This document shows, piece after piece, positions 1-9,388 of a DNA stretch of 25,243 nucleotides. The translations under genes and the position numbers were made by a program. The notes below the pieces were generated by a model, which saw nothing but the letters and a program-made list of their open reading frames with translations, did not search any database and had not been told where the DNA came from. Source of the DNA: a virus (lineage: Duplodnaviria > Caudoviricetes); IMG/VR virus record IMGVR_UViG_3300017721_000069, positions 1-25,243 of that record; one strand, 5' to 3'. Numbering within the stretch: the first letter of the stretch is position 1; each line of letters starts with the position of its first letter.

Positions 1-831
1 AGGATCAACTATAGGATCTGTAACTGGAATTGGATCACCTATTTCTGCTATTCTTTCAGGAGGAAGTTCAGCAATCATTGGTTTTGGATCTGGAATAGGT
101 GGTGTCGTTCCAGGATTAAAAATTTGTTTTGGGCCAGCAAAGTCTGGTTGATCTCTGTCATCAATACCGTTCATATCAGTATCTTGGAAGTCCATAGTTC
201 TAATGGTTCCACGATCACGCAAACTTTCAGGACCTTTATTTTCTATATTTTTTACAAAATCTGGTGGCGTTACACCTGCTGAACCAATCATAGTGCCATC
301 TAAATCACGAATCTCTGTTGGTCTTATGCCTGGACCAAAGCCAAAATCTTGTGGTGGTATAGGCTGTCTACCAATATCTATAGGTGGTAACGGTGGAGGT
401 GGAAAGCCACCGCCAGCACCACCGATTGATGGACGTGGAGTTGGTCTATCATCAATACGAATTTTGTCAGATATACGCTTGGGTGGTAGTAAGTCTGGCC
501 TTATTGGTGTTCGTCCAGGTATTTGGTAAAATCTATCTGAATCATTGCTGGGTACTTGTAAAGGTGGCACGAAGTCATCTATTCTATCTATAGACTTAAA
601 ATCATCACGCCTTGGAGGAAAAATCGGTCTTTGTAAGATTGAACGATCTACAGGTGGTTGTGATATAGGTCTTTCAAGTCTTTTGTTTTTTACTTTTTGC
701 AATAAACCAGCTAACCCACCTTTTTTTGTTGGTCTTTTTGGAAAATTAAGTCTTGGTTCAAGACCTCTCATGTTCCTTCTTGATGGTGCTTGTCCTATGG
801 GTGATCTTAACAAGTCACTTAAAATACCCAT
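1..831 (-). CDS. Proline-rich putative internal virion protein, 3' end outside window (not in ORF track)
   Basis: ATG at 831-829 overlaps the TAA of the upstream gene (TAATG); frame open to base 1 (277 codons): MGILSDLLRSPIGQAPSRRN...PPPPLPPIDIGRQPIPPQ...DTDMNGIDDRD...IPVTDPIVDP. Function inferred from position only. Confidence 0.75.
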   Translation of the reverse strand, partial: MGILSDLLRSPIGQAPSRRNMRGLEPRLNFPKRPTKKGGLAGLLQKVKNKRLERPISQPPVDRSILQRPIFPPRRDDFKSIDRIDDFVPPLQVPSNDSDRFYQIPGRTPIRPDLLPPKRISDKIRIDDRPTPRPSIGGAGGGFPPPPLPPIDIGRQPIPPQDFGFGPGIRPTEIRDLDGTMIGSAGVTPPDFVKNIENKGPESLRDRGTIRTMDFQDTDMNGIDDRDQPDFAGPKQIFNPGTTPPIPDPKPMIAELPPERIAEIGDPIPVTDPIVDP

Positions 832-2240
832 TATGCCATTCCTACTTTATTAAATTGTTCAAAGGTTTTCATAAGCTTATCCATATTCTTTGCACCTTGT
901 TGTCTATTTGGTTGACCATTTGGCACCAACTCTATACCTGTTTCTGTTTTTGTTACCTTAAAGCCACCTAACCCATTGTTAGCAGCAGAAGTCATTACAA
1001 ACTCACCGTCACTTAACATGGCTGGGATGTCATCACTTGTACCTGTTCCTGGACCTATTGAAGGACCACCCATACGCATATCTAGTTCGTTAGCCATTAC
1101 TGATCTGCCCATAGCAAAAGCAGGTCGTGATTCTTGTAAGCCACCCATAGCGGCTTTTCTTACTCCTAAGTCAAAGCCTGTAAATGTAGGTGCAGGCATA
1201 AGATCTGGTCTTACAGATTGCCTTATGTCTTTGAGCCCACCTTCTTTACGCTTATAGTCATCTTTTACAGCTTTACCGTATAAAGCAGCCATAGCAGCCA
1301 AGCCTGGATTTATACCACCTTGACCAACTCCCATAAAACTTCCATCTCCTCCACCAAATTGCCCATCTGGACCTTTTATAGAATCTTCAATGCCTTTTAT
1401 AAATCCAGGTGTATTGCCTTCGCCTAATATCATTCGACCTATGTTAAAAGGACTGCTTGATGTTTGTGTATTAACAGCATTCATGAATCCACCAGGAGAT
1501 GTTTGTGAAACTTGATTAAAATCACCATATTGACCAGATGCCATCATTTGATCTATTTCTGCTTGTGTATAAAGCACTCCAGGATTGTTAGGATCTTCAT
1601 ACATAACTTCTTCTGTCATGGGTTGTTCGCCACCACTAAATAGACCGAAGTATCCTTTCTTCTGGTCATCCATGTATGTTTTGCCTATATTTCTACCGTA
1701 TTGCAAAGGATTAAATTTACCATCAACACTACCTATGGCTTTAAATGCATCTTTTAAACCACCACCTGCTTTTAAAAAATCCCCAGATGTGACTGATTTT
1801 AATGCACCGTCTGCACCAAATACTTTTTGACTACCACCAGCCATGACGGTCATTATGTCCCCAAGACCACCCTCACCTTTTGCAATATTTACGACAGCTC
1901 TACCTTTATTATATAAAATAGCGGGTGCCTGCCATGGTCCTGGTATAACTGCTGCAATAGGTGCAATTTTTTTAACTACCTTTTTAACTGATTTTGCTAG
2001 TTTTTTAAAGAAACCAAACTCTGCCATACCTGTAATCGGATTGATAGACATACCTTGACCCACAGTATACTCATTAGGATCTAGACCTACTGCCATCATT
2101 TCTTTTCTAATAATTTCTTGAGTTTCTGGAGAGATAACTGGTGGTACTACCATTTCTCCTGGTGCTACGTGTGCAAGCATAGAATCTTCTCCTCGTCCTA
2201 AACCTGCTATGCCTGTACCTGAGTTGTCTATTCTATTCAT
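831..2240 (-). CDS. Putative internal virion / DNA ejection (pilot) protein
   Basis: 469 aa, Gly/Met rich; motifs GRGEDSMLAHVAPGEMVVP, SINPITGMAEF and GPGTGTSDDIPAMLSDGEFVM, familiar from phage ejection and tape-measure-like proteins; follows the tail nozzle-like gene. Confidence 0.65.
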   Translation of the reverse strand: MNRIDNSGTGIAGLGRGEDSMLAHVAPGEMVVPPVISPETQEIIRKEMMAVGLDPNEYTVGQGMSINPITGMAEFGFFKKLAKSVKKVVKKIAPIAAVIPGPWQAPAILYNKGRAVVNIAKGEGGLGDIMTVMAGGSQKVFGADGALKSVTSGDFLKAGGGLKDAFKAIGSVDGKFNPLQYGRNIGKTYMDDQKKGYFGLFSGGEQPMTEEVMYEDPNNPGVLYTQAEIDQMMASGQYGDFNQVSQTSPGGFMNAVNTQTSSSPFNIGRMILGEGNTPGFIKGIEDSIKGPDGQFGGGDGSFMGVGQGGINPGLAAMAALYGKAVKDDYKRKEGGLKDIRQSVRPDLMPAPTFTGFDLGVRKAAMGGLQESRPAFAMGRSVMANELDMRMGGPSIGPGTGTSDDIPAMLSDGEFVMTSAANNGLGGFKVTKTETGIELVPNGQPNRQQGAKNMDKLMKTFEQFNKVGMA

Positions 2241-2246
2241 GCTCTA

Positions 2247-2954
2247 TTATTCCTGTAAACATTTTAACCAAAATACTAATAAGTATCTATCTCCTGATTC
2301 TACTGCAAGTCCTCTATGCATATGAGTAAAACTCGGAAAAATTAGAGCGTGGCCTGTAGGTAGAGGCTCGACTGTACCACGTTTTAAAAACTCAGTTCCG
2401 CCACCTTTGTACTTTCCAGTGTTCAAAGGAACTACCATACTAATATCAGCACTTGCATCATGATGCCAAGCACCTTGTTTTTTATCCTTTAAATTATAGT
2501 TGGCTATTTGTATAGCTCCACCATTTACATATCTGTTCCAGATATTCAAAAATATAGGATTACCTATAGTATATATCGTATGCATCAAGGATTGGAAGAT
2601 TTCTGGACAATTATCTTGAAAAGTTATTTCTGGTATTTGTCTTAATGTGTCCTCTTCATTATTAGTTTTGAAGCCAAAATAAGCTTCTAAATTCTTCATT
2701 TCATCTAAAAGTATGTCGCAAAACTTTTCAGAAAAAAACGGTACTGTGTACACATCTTTTAGTGGTTCTTGAATAATTTTATCTAATTGGGTGTCTTTTC
2801 TTTTTGTATCACCCTTTTGTTCGTAAAATTCAACAATAGGCTCAATAGAGTCTGATACTGCATAAAATGTGTCCTTTTGTATGTACCAGTCGGCAGGATG
2901 TTCTAAAAGAATGTTCTTAGTTTTATAGTTTAGGTCTTCTGCTGTATTGCTCAT
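2247..2954 (-). CDS. 2OG-Fe(II) oxygenase, PLOD/lysyl-hydroxylase-like catalytic domain
   Basis: HHD iron motif (WHHDAS), VPLN..YKGGGTEF, distal His and 2OG-binding Arg in THMHRGLAVESGDRYLLVFW; upstream VYTVPFFSEKFC also resembles PLOD/OGFOD2. Confidence 0.85.
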   Translation of the reverse strand: MSNTAEDLNYKTKNILLEHPADWYIQKDTFYAVSDSIEPIVEFYEQKGDTKRKDTQLDKIIQEPLKDVYTVPFFSEKFCDILLDEMKNLEAYFGFKTNNEEDTLRQIPEITFQDNCPEIFQSLMHTIYTIGNPIFLNIWNRYVNGGAIQIANYNLKDKKQGAWHHDASADISMVVPLNTGKYKGGGTEFLKRGTVEPLPTGHALIFPSFTHMHRGLAVESGDRYLLVFWLKCLQE

Positions 2955-3277
2955 AAAGTAATTATTGTGCTACCTGCTATATTAATAGTAACCTTACCAA
3001 CACTAGATGTCATCTCAAAACCTTGTTCTAGTGTTCTTTCACCTATGTCAATCCACTCGTTGCCTGTATAAACTTGCAGGACACCAACTGTTGTATTCCA
3101 TATAATGCTACCATCATTAAACTTTAGTGTATTTTTTTCTGGATCACTTATTTGTCTAACATTATCAAGATCTATTGCACCAAGATTAATCTCAAGTATT
3201 CTAACTAAACGATTAAAAAGCTCTGGATCTACAGGACCTACTGCTAATGGTAATTGAGTTTGTAAGAGTTTGCTCAT
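2951..3277 (-). CDS. Hypothetical protein, probably tail-associated
   Basis: 108 aa; ATGA overlaps at both ends; GSIIWNTT..LQVYTGNEW resembles a fibre-type beta motif. Confidence 0.6.
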   Translation of the reverse strand: MSKLLQTQLPLAVGPVDPELFNRLVRILEINLGAIDLDNVRQISDPEKNTLKFNDGSIIWNTTVGVLQVYTGNEWIDIGERTLEQGFEMTSSVGKVTINIAGSTIITL

Positions 3278-5142
3278 CTTCTACCATCTGGCTTTATGTC
3301 TATACGTGTAGCTCCTAACCTCCATCCTATACCTAGATTACCATCATCTGTAGCATCATCATCTGATTCAAATCGTAATGCTATTTGCCTTGATCTACTT
3401 CGTACATAAGCTTGTTGAGTAGTAGAACTTATTGCGTTAGTTGAATTTATTGTTAAAGAATCACCTGGGAAGTTTCTAGTTTTTAAAACAATATTAACAT
3501 GTCCATTATTTTGATCTTCTATAAACTTGTAATCAGGTATTATCCTTTTTAAGAAACTAAATTGCTCACCATCTCCTATATCTAGATCAGAACTTTCAAT
3601 ATAAACATTGGTCATAGGAGAGCCATCATTATCAAAGCCCTTTTCTTGTTGGTATAAATATCCATTACTAACAGCTCTAGGGAAGTTTTCTATACCAGAG
3701 TCAAGCCATGCTGTTCTTGATAGCTGTCCATAGAACCATATACCTTCTACATAGTTATACATTACATATCTGTCTATTTCATTAGATCCAGATGAACAAT
3801 AGAACCAACCTACTTCACTTTTATCTTTTATGGTAAACGCATTGATTTTAAATGATTGAGTAAGATTTATGTCTGTAAACACATAGTTGTGAACTGAACA
3901 TGGTAGAGTTTGAACACTACCATTATATGTATAGAAGTTGTTATAACTCATCCAGTAAACACCACTAGGAGTAGTTATTGCTGCTTTAGGGCCTATTAAG
4001 CCTGTACCTTCGTTTATTAAATTAATACCAAAAGTAAATGGTGGTCCAATAAACTGCATACTATAAAGAGCTGTATCAGTCCAAACTAATATTTCTTGCC
4101 TTGCTTTTACACCACCAATAATGGATGATCCAGATGATAATCTAAGAGAACCTGCTGTGTTTGTAGATAATGGTTCAAAATCTAATGCGTTTTCTTGGTC
4201 ACTAAATGCTATCAGCATAGGATCTATAACTCCTGTTCTAGCAGATCCAGATATAGCATCAGCACCTAACACTATAAGATGCCTGTCTTTTTCAGATGTA
4301 ATGACCTGTAAACCTTTAGTAGGTACCAAGTTAGCACCTGAAATCCCAGATAATTCTACAGCTCTTGTTCCCAAGCCATTGTCTTCAGTCCATTGATATA
4401 TACCTGCGTTTCTTTGATTTATTATTAAATTTTCACCAAAGTTATCATGCGTCCAAATTCTAAGCTGATTAGTGTCGCTTAATGCAGAGGTGCTGCCAAA
4501 GGTACCAAATCCCCAACCATTAACACCCCAACCTGTACCTGGTACATACACATCAAGTCCAACATTTACCTGATAAGTGCCAACAACAGATGACCCACCA
4601 TTCCCACTATCGGAAGCATTTGCAGTAACCGTAGCTCCAGAAGTGTTTTTTGCTTCTATAGTGTAACTATTGTCATTAACTATAGTTGCTATCTGATATT
4701 CTTGATTTAATACATTTGAATTTACATTACCACCTAATGACACAGCACCTGAAAATGTTACAAAATCATTTTTTAAAGCACCATGGTCTGTATCTGTAAC
4801 AGTTACCGTTGAACTTCCATCACTTGCAGCAAACGTGACATCACCAGCAGATGTAGTTAATCTAATTGGTGTTACATCGTTAAAACCAGATCCTGCCTCT
4901 ATATAGTATTTTAGATGTGTACCTAATCCTAAGAATTTAGTACCCTCTAAAGAAATCCAAGGGTGCAAAGCTCTTGCTGTACCTAAATAAGTATTAGTTG
5001 TTAATTTTTCCCAACCACCAAACTTTTCTGGTCTACCTTTACGAAAACGAACTAAATTACAATCAAACCAACCGCCCTCGTTATCATAAGCAGTACCCTC
5101 TCTGTTAATGCCTGGTTTAAATGTAAGTTTCTGCAATGGCAT
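3274..5142 (-). CDS. Tail nozzle / packaged-DNA stabilisation protein (P22 gp10- or T7 gp12-like beta-propeller)
   Basis: 622 aa beta-rich; N-terminus MPLQKLTFKPGINREGT..GGWFDCNLVRFR.GRPEK.GGW and C-terminus WRLGATRIDIKPDGRR typical of marine podovirus-like tail proteins; IAFSDQE..D motif. Confidence 0.7.
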   Translation of the reverse strand: MPLQKLTFKPGINREGTAYDNEGGWFDCNLVRFRKGRPEKFGGWEKLTTNTYLGTARALHPWISLEGTKFLGLGTHLKYYIEAGSGFNDVTPIRLTTSAGDVTFAASDGSSTVTVTDTDHGALKNDFVTFSGAVSLGGNVNSNVLNQEYQIATIVNDNSYTIEAKNTSGATVTANASDSGNGGSSVVGTYQVNVGLDVYVPGTGWGVNGWGFGTFGSTSALSDTNQLRIWTHDNFGENLIINQRNAGIYQWTEDNGLGTRAVELSGISGANLVPTKGLQVITSEKDRHLIVLGADAISGSARTGVIDPMLIAFSDQENALDFEPLSTNTAGSLRLSSGSSIIGGVKARQEILVWTDTALYSMQFIGPPFTFGINLINEGTGLIGPKAAITTPSGVYWMSYNNFYTYNGSVQTLPCSVHNYVFTDINLTQSFKINAFTIKDKSEVGWFYCSSGSNEIDRYVMYNYVEGIWFYGQLSRTAWLDSGIENFPRAVSNGYLYQQEKGFDNDGSPMTNVYIESSDLDIGDGEQFSFLKRIIPDYKFIEDQNNGHVNIVLKTRNFPGDSLTINSTNAISSTTQQAYVRSRSRQIALRFESDDDATDDGNLGIGWRLGATRIDIKPDGRR

Positions 5143-5144
5143 TG

Positions 5145-5588
5145 TTAAACCTCATGCCATTCTTTGCCTGAAAACAACAAAGATTCAGCTTCTCTTCTTC
5201 TTATTAAACCTTGTAACACTTTGCCTCCAGCCTTGTTCCATCTTTTTATTTGTGCAGGCACGCCTTCATAATCTTTAGCATTTAATACTTTTAATAAAGT
5301 AGAAGCTTTTAAATTAGCAGGTCCTAAATTAAACACCCAAGAAACCATAGCATCAAACTGATTTTGTTCTAAATCAACATTAACCATATCATTAATATAC
5401 CCTTCGTACTCTTCCATTTCATGTAAAAGTAATTTGTCTGCTTCTTCTTGACTAACAGTATCGCTTTCTTTGACGCCTTTAGTTGAGCCATATCCTATTG
5501 TCCAAACACCAGCAGCACACTTATATGCTTCTAATTCACAGCCCTCAAACTTTTTAATAAGGGACAAACCTTCTTGTGATATGTTCAT
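5145..5588 (-). CDS. Endolysin, GH24 lysozyme
   Basis: MNISQEGLSLIKKFEGCELEAYKCAAGVWTIGYG, QNQFDAMVSWVFNLG, GLIRRREAE. Start moved to ATG 5588 because AGGAG lies just upstream (5596-5600). Confidence 0.93.
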   Translation of the reverse strand: MNISQEGLSLIKKFEGCELEAYKCAAGVWTIGYGSTKGVKESDTVSQEEADKLLLHEMEEYEGYINDMVNVDLEQNQFDAMVSWVFNLGPANLKASTLLKVLNAKDYEGVPAQIKRWNKAGGKVLQGLIRRREAESLLFSGKEWHEV

Positions 5589-5589
5589 A

Positions 5590-5940
5590 TTACTGCTCCT
5601 TTGTAGTAACTGTTTTATAATAGACAACAACTTCTTTAAGCTCATTTATATACCTTTTTAATTCTTGCATATTATATGCCATAAGCTCGTAATCGGGCAC
5701 AGACATAGCTAAGAATACCACTTGACCTTGGTCTTTCTCAACCCTTGCTAAAAACTCTTCTAAATTTTTATCTGAGACTACATACCAATATGGATCTTTT
5801 AGATCTATTTTTCTAGGCATAATAGGTTGAACAATGGTTCTTTCCATTGGTTTTGCAGTAACTTCTATTTGTTTAGTTGGTAGAAGACTGCAACTGCAAG
5901 CCATCATCAAGACTGTCAATGTTACGGCTGTCTTCTTCAA
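5590..5940 (-). CDS. Outer-membrane spanin (Rz1-like lipoprotein)
   Basis: Signal KKTAVTLTVLMMACSC with lipobox-like Cys, Pro-rich segment then helical C-terminus; overlaps the i-spanin 3' end; start TTG 5940 or ATG 5955. Confidence 0.7.
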   Translation of the reverse strand: MKKTAVTLTVLMMACSCSLLPTKQIEVTAKPMERTIVQPIMPRKIDLKDPYWYVVSDKNLEEFLARVEKDQGQVVFLAMSVPDYELMAYNMQELKRYINELKEVVVYYKTVTTKEQ

Positions 5941-6268
5941 TGCTATCAAATACATCTTTTGTTCCTTTATTTACCCTAGGTTCTATTAGACCAGGTTTAG
6001 CTGCTGCTAATTTAGTTAAGTTATGTCTTTTAAATATGTCAAGGTACCTTGTCATTTCTTGTTGAATTTGTTGATTGCGACTTTGTAAGTCTAATAAACT
6101 GGATGTTTGTAGTGCAAAATCTTTTTGTAAACTATCAATAGCTTCTTCTTGTGTGGCCACAGCACTTTCTAAAGCAATGTTATTGGCTGAAAGAACTTTG
6201 TTTTGTGTATATAAATAATAGGTTATTGTTGTCATAACAATAATTATCCCTATCAGGACTTTGCTCAT
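5873..6268 (-). CDS. Inner-membrane spanin (Rz-like)
   Basis: N-terminal TM (VLIGIIIVMTTITYYLY) plus long coiled coil; immediately before lipoprotein and endolysin. Confidence 0.7.
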   Translation of the reverse strand: MSKVLIGIIIVMTTITYYLYTQNKVLSANNIALESAVATQEEAIDSLQKDFALQTSSLLDLQSRNQQIQQEMTRYLDIFKRHNLTKLAAAKPGLIEPRVNKGTKDVFDSIEEDSRNIDSLDDGLQLQSSTN

Positions 6269-6447
6269 ACAAACTTAGATAAAACCACAGAAAGTAAAAT
6301 AAACGGATAAACTGCCCAAATCATGTTTTCTAGCTTATCAAAACGCTTTGAGCCGTCTTCTAGTCTTTTTTCTATGTTTGTGTATCTAATCGTACACTCT
6401 CTTTCGTGGGTTTCTATCTTGTTTATTGCTTCATTTGATGTTGTCAT
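6265..6447 (-). CDS. Small coiled-coil protein with C-terminal TM (XhlA/holin-like)
   Basis: 60 aa; HERECTIRY..IEKRLEDGSKRFDKLE then hydrophobic tail; ATGA overlaps with cyclase and spanin. Confidence 0.6.
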   Translation of the reverse strand: MTTSNEAINKIETHERECTIRYTNIEKRLEDGSKRFDKLENMIWAVYPFILLSVVLSKFV

Positions 6448-8195
6448 AAGATTGTATAAATATTTATAGATTTTTGTTTTCCTTTTACCTTTATGCTATT
6501 AAGTTCTTTTAGAGTTATTTGATCACTAAAATCTTTAGCATTGATAGTATCATAACCTATAACAATATCTTCTCCAACCTCCTTTGTAGAGCTTTCAAGT
6601 CTTGCTGCAAGATTAACAGCATCACCTATAGCAGTATAATCAAACCTAGTATTGCTACCCATATTCCCAATTACAGCATAACCGGTATTAACGCCTACTC
6701 CTATTTCAACATCAATGTCTGCTTTTTTTATGTTTTCTTGTATCTCTTTAGCACAAAGAACAGCAGCAGTTTCATGGTTTGGTAAATCTATAGGAGCATT
6801 AAATATAGCCATCATTGCGTCACCAATATATTTATCTACCATGCCTCCATATTCTTTTACTGCATCAGCTTGGATGGTTAGTGCCTTGTTCATAATTGTA
6901 GTTACTTCTTCTGGCTCTAGCTTTTCAGACATTGCCGTAAATCCTCTAACGTCTGTAAATAAAAATGTGCAATATCTTCTTTCTCCACCCAAAACTAATG
7001 ATTCAGGATTGTCTTGTAGTTTTTTAACTTGCCTTGGATCTAAGTAATGTTCAAATTGTTTTTTAATTTGTTGACGCAATTTAAACTGTTTTCTAAAGTT
7101 TAAGTAGAAAGCTATAGAACCAGTAATGAATTGTGATACAAAAGTCCAAGAAAAGTCTATTAAATAGCCTTTTTGAATGCTATAAGCTCCTGTAAGGCTT
7201 GTAGTAAAGAGTAAAATTATAGCTAGACTTACGCCTTTGGTTATACCAAGATAATTAATTACAAGCCATGTCAGAGACACAAATATTGCAAAAATTAATA
7301 TTTCCAACGCAAGAGCAAAATCTGGGATAAAAGGAGAGTTTTCTAATAAAATTGATTCAGATAATGCTGCTTGAATTTTATGTGGCTCTAATAATCCAGT
7401 TGGTGTTGCAACTTGTGGCATGATTCCTGGAGCAGTAACTCCAACAAAAACAAACTTACCTGCCACATTCATTTCTTTTAAGTTGGTTTGTGGTGTATTT
7501 ACCCAGCTTATCCATTTACGACCAAGGCTATCTGTTTTGACTGGTGGTATTCCTCTGACTGATATCTCTTGTATACCATTATCATTTGTAGTGATAATGT
7601 AAGTTCTTGCTCCTGTTAATACTTTTAAAACTTCTGTACCAAAAGAAGAAACATAACCATCTGGTGTTTTTAGCAGTAGAGGTATTCTACGTACCAAGTT
7701 ATCTATATCTACAGGTGCACTTGCTATTCCTTGGTTTGCTTGATTTTGCAAGATATCAATATTTTGTATAACACCAGGTGTAAACATGCCACCAACATCA
7801 TTACCTTTTATAACTGTTCCGGTTGTTTTAGGGTATTTACCATTTGCATTTTCAAACATAGCTAATACAGATGGTGCATATCCAAGTGTTTGAGCAAAGG
7901 TTTCATCACCACCCATACGATCTGCTTGGGGAAATCCTATAACCCAACCAACACCCATAGCACCTGAATTTATAAGATCAACTTGTATCTGTGCTAATGT
8001 TCTTCTTGGAAATGGCCATCCGCCTTCGTTAGCTACATCTTCTTCGGTTATATTGAGTATTACAAAATTACCAGAAGGTTCTGGTGTTGTTACAAATGTA
8101 TCAAATATTTTTAACTTAAGTATTTCTGTAGGCGTGCTTTGAAATATTAAAGGTAATGATAGTAATATAAGTATAGGTAATAATAGTCGTTTCAT
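6444..8195 (-). CDS. CHASE2-domain class III adenylate cyclase, membrane receptor type
   Basis: N-terminal hydrophobic segment; CHASE2 motifs GGWPFPR, DIDNLVRRIPL, G.FVFVGVTA, ATPTG..H..A; three TM helices; cyclase motifs FLFTDVRGFT, VDKYIGDAMMAIFNAP, IGVGVNTG..IGNMGS..RFDYTAIGDAVNLAARLES, KGK. Confidence 0.95.
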   Translation of the reverse strand: MKRLLLPILILLSLPLIFQSTPTEILKLKIFDTFVTTPEPSGNFVILNITEEDVANEGGWPFPRRTLAQIQVDLINSGAMGVGWVIGFPQADRMGGDETFAQTLGYAPSVLAMFENANGKYPKTTGTVIKGNDVGGMFTPGVIQNIDILQNQANQGIASAPVDIDNLVRRIPLLLKTPDGYVSSFGTEVLKVLTGARTYIITTNDNGIQEISVRGIPPVKTDSLGRKWISWVNTPQTNLKEMNVAGKFVFVGVTAPGIMPQVATPTGLLEPHKIQAALSESILLENSPFIPDFALALEILIFAIFVSLTWLVINYLGITKGVSLAIILLFTTSLTGAYSIQKGYLIDFSWTFVSQFITGSIAFYLNFRKQFKLRQQIKKQFEHYLDPRQVKKLQDNPESLVLGGERRYCTFLFTDVRGFTAMSEKLEPEEVTTIMNKALTIQADAVKEYGGMVDKYIGDAMMAIFNAPIDLPNHETAAVLCAKEIQENIKKADIDVEIGVGVNTGYAVIGNMGSNTRFDYTAIGDAVNLAARLESSTKEVGEDIVIGYDTINAKDFSDQITLKELNSIKVKGKQKSINIYTIL

Positions 8196-9388
8196 TAATT
8201 ACTCTGGGTTATTTTAATAGTGCTATCAGCACCACCATTAATCTTAACAACATTAGATGTACCATCTTGTATAAAGATAACAGTATAGCTTCCAGAAGAG
8301 TCTATATCTATTCTAGCTGTATCGCTAACACTACGCATTAATGTTAATACTTCTCCTGTTATAAAAGATGTTACTTGAGTTTTTGTATCTTGTCCTATCT
8401 TAGTACCAACAATACTAACAGATGTAGCATCTTGTACTAGCTGATCTTCTTCTTTTATTTCTTGTAGTGCATCTATAACATCTAACAAATCTTCTAAGAA
8501 ATTTACATCAAGATAGTTTATATCTAACTCTGTAAACTCTAGCTCCGTTGTTGAGTCTAAAAAGTCTTCTTGCAAGAAATCTTTATCAAGACCATCAAAG
8601 TCTAGTATGTTTTTTTTTGTGGTCTGTGTATTTTTTTCTATAACTACTTCTTCTTTAGGTGGATTAACAATAAGCATATTGTCTATAAGTTCTAGTGTTA
8701 AATCTAAGATTACAGGAGAGCTGGGTGATTTTTCAAAGACATCTACTGTTGTAGCTTCGTATGGTTTGTTTAATGTAACCGTACCTATAGCTGTAGTTAC
8801 TAATATCTCACCACTAGAGTTACCAAACTCATCTGGTAAAAGTATTAATAAGGATCTGCCAATTTCATCCACAGTAACTGTAAAATCAGTCCCGCGAATT
8901 GCAATGTTTGCTGTAGGAGTCTTAAGATCTATATTGTTTTTATCTATCTTGTTTAAACCACCAGTAATAAATCTAGCCGTACCAAGACCAAAGGTAATAG
9001 CCATTTTAGATTTGCTGGGGTTGGGGTCAAAGATGTATTTATCTATGGTGAGCTGAGAATTTTCTGTAAGTCTTACTTTGGAGTCGTCTAAGAACGTAAT
9101 AGCCATACGACCATTAGTAGTAATGGCTTCATCATTTTGCTGTATATCAAAAGACTTTGTTGCCTGATATGGCTTATCTCTTACAATTTGTGCAGAACCG
9201 TTTAGTTCAGATATGTTTCCTATATCAACAGCTTGTGCTTGTACCTTGGTCGTTTTGAATGACGCAAACAGTACCATTAGAACCAGTAGAGTTAATTCGT
9301 AACCAGTCGTTGTCTTGTGTTGATGACTGTATGATGTTAAATGTTCTGCTGTTTCCTGTTTGGTCAAGATAGAAATATCCACCTGCAT
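8195..9388 (-). CDS. Exported FecR-domain protein
   Basis: D.AITTNGRMAITFLDDSKVRLTENS and KTPTANIAIRGTDFTVTV are FecR-domain hallmarks; signal peptide ending AQA; acidic linker. True start uncertain (9388, TTG 9367 or ATG 9277). Confidence 0.85.
   Translation of the reverse strand: MQVDISILTKQETAEHLTSYSHQHKTTTGYELTLLVLMVLFASFKTTKVQAQAVDIGNISELNGSAQIVRDKPYQATKSFDIQQNDEAITTNGRMAITFLDDSKVRLTENSQLTIDKYIFDPNPSKSKMAITFGLGTARFITGGLNKIDKNNIDLKTPTANIAIRGTDFTVTVDEIGRSLLILLPDEFGNSSGEILVTTAIGTVTLNKPYEATTVDVFEKSPSSPVILDLTLELIDNMLIVNPPKEEVVIEKNTQTTKKNILDFDGLDKDFLQEDFLDSTTELEFTELDINYLDVNFLEDLLDVIDALQEIKEEDQLVQDATSVSIVGTKIGQDTKTQVTSFITGEVLTLMRSVSDTARIDIDSSGSYTVIFIQDGTSNVVKINGGADSTIKITQSN

Noticed and set aside
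5589-5645. N-terminal extension of endolysin as a SAR/signal domain
   Set aside because: Not hydrophobic, overlaps the spanin gene, and a good RBS precedes ATG 5588.
6444-8195. Cyclase as a Pycsar/CBASS-type defence enzyme
   Set aside because: It has a CHASE2-TM receptor architecture and adenine-specifying residues, with no adjacent cNMP-binding, TIR or Cap effector.
8195-9388. FecIRA iron-uptake signalling
   Set aside because: No ECF sigma factor or TonB-dependent receptor in the window; context is curli plus CHASE2.
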